Notes under the pieces: model-generated
Seen by the model: only the letters and a program-made list of their open reading frames with translations
Database searches by the model: none
Told to the model about the DNA's origin: nothing
Made by a program: the position numbers and the translations under genes
NCBI GenBank assembly: GCA_013359225.1
Contig: JABWCG010000001.1
Coordinates: forward strand, 276,441 to 340,440
Reading direction: 5' to 3'
Source: Candidatus Buchananbacteria bacterium
Lineage (GTDB): Bacteria; Patescibacteriota; Patescibacteriia; Buchananbacterales; UBA6539
DNA length: 64,000 nucleotides
Shown: in pieces, positions 57,999-64,000 of the stretch
Layout of the letters: each line of letters opens with the position of its first letter
Numbering within the stretch: the first letter of the stretch is position 1

Positions 57999-59819
57999 AT
58001 GCCTGAAGACAAAAATCAAAAAAAATCAGACGAAATGGTGCTGCTCGGCGAAACGAACTTTCGCAATCAACGAGTACGGTTTGGCATCAAAAAAGATGAC
58101 CGGCGGCGGCACATGTACATCATCGGAAAAACCGGTATGGGCAAGTCAACCGTTATGGAAAACATGATCATCCAGGATATCCAAAACGGCTCCGGCGTTG
58201 CCTTGGTTGATCCGCATGGTGACTTCGCCGAAAAAATTCTTGACTTTATTCCCAGCCACCGCATTAACGACGTGGTGTACCTTAATCCGGCTGATATCCA
58301 GCATCCGGTTGCTTTTAACGTCATGGAATCTGTCTCTGAAGAACACAAGCACTTGATCGCTTCAGGGCTTGTTGGCGTCTTCAAAAAACTGTGGGCCGAC
58401 TCCTGGGGACCTCGCTTGGAATACCTGCTTCGTAACGCCATTTTAGCACTCTTGGATTACCCCGGTAGCACGCTGCTTGGAGTAATGAGGATTTTGGTGG
58501 ACAAAAACTATCGCAAAAAAGTAATCACCAAGATCCAAGACCCGGTAGTCAAGGCCTTTTGGGTTGAGGAATTTTCAAAATATCCGCAGCAGTTCCAGGT
58601 TGAGGCTGTTGCCCCAATTCAAAACAAAGTCGGACAGTTTCTATCCACGGCAATGATCAGAAATATCGTCGGCCAGGTGAAATCTTCTTTTGATTTGCGC
58701 GAAATCATGGATAATCAAAAAATCCTGATTATGAACCTGTCCAAAGGCCGAATTGGCGAAGACTCATCAGCCTTACTCGGAGCCATGATGATTACCAAAA
58801 TTCAATTGGCCGCCATGAGCCGAATTGATATTAAAGAAAACGAACGAAAAGATTTTTATCTATACGTCGACGAATTTCAGAACTTTGCCACCGAATCATT
58901 CGCCAGTATTTTATCTGAGGCCCGGAAATACCGCCTCGACTTAATCATCGGACATCAATACATTGAACAGCTTGATGAAATGGTTCGGGCCGCCGTGTTT
59001 GGCAACGTAGGAACATTAATGTGTTTTCGCGTCGGTGCGGCTGATGCTGAAGCGCTGGCAACTGAATTTGCGCCATATTTTGTTGAAGAAGATCTGGTTA
59101 ATCTCACCAAGTATGACGTCTACTTAAAACTGATGATTGACGGTGTTGCTTCAACTCCGTTTTCGGCGACCACCTTGCCGCCGCTTGACACACACCTTCA
59201 CGCTCATAATCGCGAAAAAGTTATCAACGTCTCGCGTGAACGCTATGCCAAACCTCGCGAAGTGGTTGAAGACAAAATCAGCCGCTGGACCGGCGTAGAT
59301 GGAGGCGGAGAAGAGGAATCTGACGGCAACCAAAAAACAACTACTAGCACCCCCTCGCAAGATGAAAAAAACCACCGCCCAAACGACGGTAAAAAGAAAC
59401 GTGACGATGACCGAAAAGGCAAAAAATCAAAAGAAAAAGAAACTTACACGGTTAACTGTTACGAGTGCGGTAAACCAACCGAAATTACTTTTAAGCCAGA
59501 TGGTCTGCGCCCGGTTTACTGTCCAACTTGTTTTAAAGAAATTCGCGAACGGTTGATGAAGGGCGAGGAAAGCGTCGAGACTGCCGCTGAGGCGCTGCCT
59601 GAACCGCAGCCGGAAATTTCACTTTCCGAAGCGCTCACTAAACCGCCACAAGCGTTCGAAAAAAAACGTTCAGAGCAACCACCGGCGGCAACTCCGGCAA
59701 AACCAATGACCATTCACCAGCTGATCAAGAAAAAAATTGAAGAAAATGCCAATCCAAATACTAATCAGGAAATCAACGAACTGCAGCAAATCAAACCCGG
59801 TGAAGTGATAAAATTTTAG
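57999..59819 (+). CDS. VirD4/TrwB/HerA-like ATPase with CxxC-x17-CxxC domain
   Basis: RRRHMYIIGKTGMGKS, DPHGD, LYVDEFQNF, SEARKYRL, GNVGT; CYEC-x17-CPTC. Confidence 0.88.
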   Translation: MPEDKNQKKSDEMVLLGETNFRNQRVRFGIKKDDRRRHMYIIGKTGMGKSTVMENMIIQDIQNGSGVALVDPHGDFAEKILDFIPSHRINDVVYLNPADIQHPVAFNVMESVSEEHKHLIASGLVGVFKKLWADSWGPRLEYLLRNAILALLDYPGSTLLGVMRILVDKNYRKKVITKIQDPVVKAFWVEEFSKYPQQFQVEAVAPIQNKVGQFLSTAMIRNIVGQVKSSFDLREIMDNQKILIMNLSKGRIGEDSSALLGAMMITKIQLAAMSRIDIKENERKDFYLYVDEFQNFATESFASILSEARKYRLDLIIGHQYIEQLDEMVRAAVFGNVGTLMCFRVGAADAEALATEFAPYFVEEDLVNLTKYDVYLKLMIDGVASTPFSATTLPPLDTHLHAHNREKVINVSRERYAKPREVVEDKISRWTGVDGGGEEESDGNQKTTTSTPSQDEKNHRPNDGKKKRDDDRKGKKSKEKETYTVNCYECGKPTEITFKPDGLRPVYCPTCFKEIRERLMKGEESVETAAEALPEPQPEISLSEALTKPPQAFEKKRSEQPPAATPAKPMTIHQLIKKKIEENANPNTNQEINELQQIKPGEVIKF

Positions 59820-59953
59820 TTAGTCCGACTGGTACTAAATTGACTTTTTTAGGCTCATCTACTAAGATGGAGCTACTGTAACATCTCAATTAAATTTTCG
59901 TCTTAATTGATGATGATTCTTGATTAAGAATAAGGCTTAATCTTTTTTATTTT

Positions 59954-61258
59954 ATGAAAGCAACAATTATTGGTACCGGTTATGTCGGATTAACCACCGG
60001 CGTTTGTTTGGCGGATTTTGGCCACGATATTATCTGTGTTGATAATAATTTGGAAAAAGTTGAAAAATTGAACCGCGGCGAATCGCCAATCTTTGAGCCG
60101 GGCCTAGAAGAATTAATCGTTAAAAATAAAACCGCCGGACGCCTGACATTTACTAGCGACATCAAACCGGCGATTTTAAATTCAGAAATAATTTTTATTT
60201 GCGTCAACACGCCGCCAAAAGCCGACGGCCAAGCCGACCTGAAATATGTTGAAGCCGTTGCCAGAGAAATTGCGCAAACCGTCAACGGTGACTACAAGGT
60301 TATTGTTGATAAAAGCACTGTCCCGGTTCGCACCGCCGAAAAAGTCAAAGAAATCATTGATCGCTACAGCAGTTCAAAAGCTAAATTTGATGTTGTCTCC
60401 AATCCTGAATTTTTACGTGAGGGTACTGCCGTTAAAGACACATTGGAACCAGATCGCTTGGTTATCGGCGTTGACAGCGAACCGGCAAAAACTAAAATGC
60501 TTGAACTCTATAAACCGCTGATCGATAAAACAAACTGCCCGGTCAAAATTGTTTCTGTTCGCAGTGCGGAATTGATTAAACACGGAGCTAACACTTTTTT
60601 GGCGGCAAAAATCTCTTTTGCCAATCTGATCGCTCAAACGTGCGAAGAAGCCGGCGCTGACGCCTTGGAAGTCCTTGAAGCAATTGGCCTTGATGAACGT
60701 ATCGGTCGGCAATTTCTCAAGCCAGGCATCGGTTTTGGGGGCAGCTGTTTTCCTAAAGACATCGCTGCCTACAAAAAAACTTTAGAAATTTTGGGTATTG
60801 ATCCGATTTTTGTGGAAGCAATCGAAAAAATTAATGATCACGCCTGGCAGCGTTTTATCCATAAAATTGAAAAGCAACTTTGGGTGTTAGACGGAAAAAC
60901 CATTGGCGTTCTAGGCCTGGCGTTTAAACCAGACACTGATGATATTCGTAATGCCCCCGCTTTAAAAATTATTCAAAAACTAAAACAAGACGGCGCCCAT
61001 ATCAAAGCTTACGATCCTGAAGCTCAGGAGAACACTAAAAAGGTGCTGACTGACATTGAATACTGCCAAAATCCTTATGATGTCGCCGCGCAAAGCGAAG
61101 CGTTGGTGATTTGTACTGAATGGGATGAATTTAAAAAGCTTGACTTAGAAAAAATTAAAAGTCTAATGACCACTCCGATTATCTTTGACGGCCGAAATAT
61201 CTTTGACCCAAAAACTGCTCAGTCGGCCGGCTTTCAATACTTTGGCATCGGCCGTTAA
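59954..61258 (+). CDS. ugd: UDP-glucose 6-dehydrogenase
   Basis: GTGYVGL, KSTVP, SNPEFLREG, GFGGSCFPKD, FKPDTDDIR, FDGRN. Confidence 0.95.
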   Translation: MKATIIGTGYVGLTTGVCLADFGHDIICVDNNLEKVEKLNRGESPIFEPGLEELIVKNKTAGRLTFTSDIKPAILNSEIIFICVNTPPKADGQADLKYVEAVAREIAQTVNGDYKVIVDKSTVPVRTAEKVKEIIDRYSSSKAKFDVVSNPEFLREGTAVKDTLEPDRLVIGVDSEPAKTKMLELYKPLIDKTNCPVKIVSVRSAELIKHGANTFLAAKISFANLIAQTCEEAGADALEVLEAIGLDERIGRQFLKPGIGFGGSCFPKDIAAYKKTLEILGIDPIFVEAIEKINDHAWQRFIHKIEKQLWVLDGKTIGVLGLAFKPDTDDIRNAPALKIIQKLKQDGAHIKAYDPEAQENTKKVLTDIEYCQNPYDVAAQSEALVICTEWDEFKKLDLEKIKSLMTTPIIFDGRNIFDPKTAQSAGFQYFGIGR

Positions 61259-61272
61259 ATCCAATAACTAAC

Positions 61273-61299
61273 AAAAACGGGACTTTGTCCCGTTTTTTT
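61273..61299 (+). terminator. Intrinsic terminator
   Basis: aaaaacgggac-ttt-gtcccgttttttt. Confidence 0.75.
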
Positions 61300-61316
61300 G
61301 GTATAATTCATCTATT

Positions 61317-62450
61317 ATGAAGAATTTCATTCTTGCCGTATCAATGTTTTGTGGCACCGTCATTGGCGTCGGGATGTTTGGTCTGCCATACGTCGCAGCT
61401 AAAGTCGGCTTCATGCCGGTCCTGATTTACTTTGGCGTCATTGGCTTAGTTATGATGGTAATACAGCTAATGTATGGCGAAATTTGCCTACGAACTAGAG
61501 AAGAACACCGCCTACCCGGCTACGTGGAAATTTACCTAGGTAAAAAATATAAATTCTTGCCGATTCTCAGCAACTCAGTCGGTTTATACGGAGCAAACCT
61601 GGCCTACATCCTGGTTGGCGGCACTTTTTTGGCGAATCTGTTAATACCGATTTTTGGCGGGGGATTGTTTACCTATCACATGATCTTTTTTGCCGTGGGA
61701 GCGCTGCTTATTTATTCGGGCAGCGGTACCATTGCCAAATCGGAGTTCGTTAGCATGGCCGTATTCTTTTTGGTACTGCTGTTCTTGGCGGTCAAAAGTT
61801 TACCACAGATTGATATTTACAACCTATTAGAAAGCGACTTAAGTTTCAAAAACCTGATTCTGCCGTATGGAGTCATTCTTTTTTCACTGTCTGGTATGTC
61901 TGTTATTCCGGAAACCAGAGAAATCTTAAAAACCAAATTTGAGCGTTTAAAAAACGTCATCATTTTAGGCACCCTGATTCCAATCATAACGTACCTCATC
62001 TTTATTATCACTGTTTTGGGTGTGACGGGCGCCAACACCAGCACCGATGCGCTCAGCGGCCTAGTACCATTTTTTGATAAAAAATTCCTTGCCGCCGGGT
62101 TTATCTCTGGAATTATTGCCACCTTCACTTCGTATTTAACTATCGGCACCACTATTAAAAAAATCTTGTGGTATGATCTAAAATTATCGCACCTCATCTC
62201 TTCCGGACTTGCAATCTTTGTACCGCTGGCACTCTACTTACTGGGACTACAAAATTTCTTGACCATCGTCGCATTCACCGGCGCGGTGACTATGGGTATT
62301 GATGTGGTTTTAATTGCACTGGTCTACCTCAAGGCTCAGAAACTCGGCGATCGCAAACCGGAATATCAGGCGCTGGTTCCCAAAACTGCATTGTATTTTC
62401 TAATCGGCTTATTTCTGATTGGTGTCGTGCTGAATTTGTTTCCACTATAA
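61317..62450 (+). CDS. Aromatic amino acid permease family (TyrP/Mtr-like) transporter
   Basis: GTVIGVGMFGLPY, PYGVILFS, ATFTSYL; about 11 TM helices. Confidence 0.85.
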   Translation: MKNFILAVSMFCGTVIGVGMFGLPYVAAKVGFMPVLIYFGVIGLVMMVIQLMYGEICLRTREEHRLPGYVEIYLGKKYKFLPILSNSVGLYGANLAYILVGGTFLANLLIPIFGGGLFTYHMIFFAVGALLIYSGSGTIAKSEFVSMAVFFLVLLFLAVKSLPQIDIYNLLESDLSFKNLILPYGVILFSLSGMSVIPETREILKTKFERLKNVIILGTLIPIITYLIFIITVLGVTGANTSTDALSGLVPFFDKKFLAAGFISGIIATFTSYLTIGTTIKKILWYDLKLSHLISSGLAIFVPLALYLLGLQNFLTIVAFTGAVTMGIDVVLIALVYLKAQKLGDRKPEYQALVPKTALYFLIGLFLIGVVLNLFPL

Positions 62451-62463
62451 ACAGTTGGTTCAA

Positions 62464-62494
62464 AGTAAAAACCCCCGACGTCGGGGGTTTTTAC
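62464..62494. terminator. Bidirectional terminator
   Basis: Perfect palindrome agtaaaaacccccgacgtcgggggtttttact. Confidence 0.8.
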
Positions 62495-62518
62495 TAGAAA
62501 GAATTTCTTTCTTAGAGA

Positions 62519-62644
62519 TTACATTTCTTCAGCATCTTCATCTGAAGATTCATCATCGTCGCCATCCATGTCTTCGTCCATATCGCCATCCATTTCTTCA
62601 TCCATTTCTTCTTCTGGAGTGGTCATTGGTTCGTCGAAAATCAT
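62519..62644 (-). CDS. Extremely acidic 41-aa peptide
   Basis: AAGGAG SD; MIFDEPMTTPEEEMDEEMDGDMDEDMDGDDDESSDEDAEEM; own promoter and terminator. Confidence 0.55.
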   Translation of the reverse strand: MIFDEPMTTPEEEMDEEMDGDMDEDMDGDDDESSDEDAEEM

Positions 62645-62744
62645 TAGGATTTTCTCCTTAAAAGTTTCCGGAGTCTTTGGCTCATACGAGCGTAAAAAAA
62701 AGATAACCAGAAACATTAATTATTAGTTATCAACTTCTTAAATA

Positions 62745-62773
62745 AGTCTATCAAAACAGGGGTATATTGTCAA
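62745..62773 (-). promoter_or_regulatory. Promoter for the acidic peptide
   Basis: TTGACA-17 nt-TAGACT on the - strand. Confidence 0.6.
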
Positions 62774-62840
62774 TAGTAATTGGGGATTATTTTAGGTATT
62801 GAAATTTGCTAAAATATAAGGTATAGTACAGTATCAATTT

Positions 62841-63947
62841 ATGAAACTAAACAAATCAAACGGCAAAAAAGTTTGTATTGCAATGTCCGGCGGCGTTGAT
62901 TCTTCGGTTGCCGCGGCGCTACTTAAAGAACAAGGCTATGAATGCGTTGGTGTTTTTTTGAAACTCTGGAGCGAAGCTGAAGAAAACACCAGAAAGCTTG
63001 GCATTGAAAATAAATGCTGTTCAGTTGATTCTTTCAACGACGCCCGACGCATCGCTCATCAACTCGGCTTTCCGATTTATACTATCAACGTTCGCGAATC
63101 ATTCAAGCAGATGGTTGTTGATCAATGGCTGGAAAGCTACCGCGAAGGAAAAACTCCCAACCCGTGTATTAATTGCAATCGCCTCATTAGATTTAACGTA
63201 ATGCTAAAACGCGCCGAACAGCTTGGATGCGATTATCTGGCAACCGGACATTACGTCAAACTGGAAACCGGCAAAGACGGCACCATTAAACTGATTGCCG
63301 GCGACGATAAAAATAAAGACCAATCATATTTCTTATACACCATGACCCAGGAACGATTAAAAAAATTAATGTTCCCGGTCGGTCATTTGACCAAACCGGT
63401 AGTACGCGAAATCGCCAAAAAATTCAACCTGGAAGTCCATAAAAAACCCGAGAGTCAGGAAATCTGTTTTATTTCTGAAAAAACTCACTACTCATTTTTA
63501 CAACGACACCTCAACCTTAAACCTGGTCCGATTAAAAATCTGGACGGCAAAGAGCTTGGTCGCCACGATGGCTTGCCGCTGTATACCCTTGGCCAGCGCC
63601 AGGGTATTAAAATCGGCGGACCAGGCGGACCATATTATGTTGTCAAACTGGACCATAAAACTAACACGCTTTACGTTTCCAACAATGCCAATGATCCGCT
63701 GATCATGACCACTAAATTCGCCATCAAAGATCCTACTTGGATCAGCGGCAAGCGCCCGGGCGCAAACGAAAACTATGGAATTAAAATTCGCCACCAGGCT
63801 TCAATCATCCCGGCAACTATTGATGAAAATAATATCGTTACGCTCAAAGAACCGGCCCGTGCCGTAATGACCGGACAGTCCGCAGTGTTCTACCAAGACA
63901 AACAAGTGCTGGGCGGCGGAGTTATTTCCAAAATTGACATTTCCTAA
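62841..63947 (+). CDS. mnmA: tRNA 2-thiouridylase MnmA
   Basis: AMSGGVDSS, TPNPCINCN, ATGHY, KDQSYFL, ESQEICF, GQSAVFY. Confidence 0.96.
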   Translation: MKLNKSNGKKVCIAMSGGVDSSVAAALLKEQGYECVGVFLKLWSEAEENTRKLGIENKCCSVDSFNDARRIAHQLGFPIYTINVRESFKQMVVDQWLESYREGKTPNPCINCNRLIRFNVMLKRAEQLGCDYLATGHYVKLETGKDGTIKLIAGDDKNKDQSYFLYTMTQERLKKLMFPVGHLTKPVVREIAKKFNLEVHKKPESQEICFISEKTHYSFLQRHLNLKPGPIKNLDGKELGRHDGLPLYTLGQRQGIKIGGPGGPYYVVKLDHKTNTLYVSNNANDPLIMTTKFAIKDPTWISGKRPGANENYGIKIRHQASIIPATIDENNIVTLKEPARAVMTGQSAVFYQDKQVLGGGVISKIDIS

Positions 63948-64000
63948 ATTTTAGGCTTTAATACCTCCTAGGTAAGGAGGGTGTCGACAATGAACAAAGT

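Noticed and set aside
1-64000. Alternative genetic code (UGA=Gly, as in Gracilibacteria/Absconditabacteria)
   Set aside because: Conserved genes are full length under code 11 and several (recJ, the priming transferase, DUF192) end at TGA overlapping the next ATG
63973-64000. Gene starting at ATG 63990 with an AAGGAGG SD
   Set aside because: Only three full codons are in the window, so it cannot be identified

Overview
Gene-dense, low-GC bacterial chromosome segment (genetic code 11). Gene content and style suggest Patescibacteria/CPR of the Parcubacteria or ABY1 type; this is an inference from the DUF4012, CAP, membrane-anchored Clp and VirD4-like/CxxC-x17-CxxC genes and from AT-rich, mostly SD-less starts. 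Housekeeping content: lepA, recJ, RNase HI, rnpB, tgt, rplU, recR, dnaB, ftsB/E/X, secDF, rdgB, mnmA, murJ, ugd and four tRNAs. There is also a surface-glycan cluster and a giant modular surface protein. Main anomalies: (1) an AT-rich insert after lepA encoding a 48-aa ORF coupled to a Rad50/RloC-like zinc-hook ABC ATPase with a non-canonical HEPN-like tail (candidate defence system); (2) two diverged, inverted copies of a ~170-nt covarying structured element between murJ and lepA; (3) SecD with an inserted, apparently circularly permuted parvulin domain; (4) a TGT lacking all four zinc ligands; (5) RNase P RNA with a ~140-nt P3, and tRNAs enclosed by leader/trailer stems; (6) a sensorless tandem histidine kinase; (7) a membrane-tethered Clp ATPase with a degenerate first ring; (8) several small ORFs with their own expression signals. 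All family calls come from motif recognition by eye; no searches were run.
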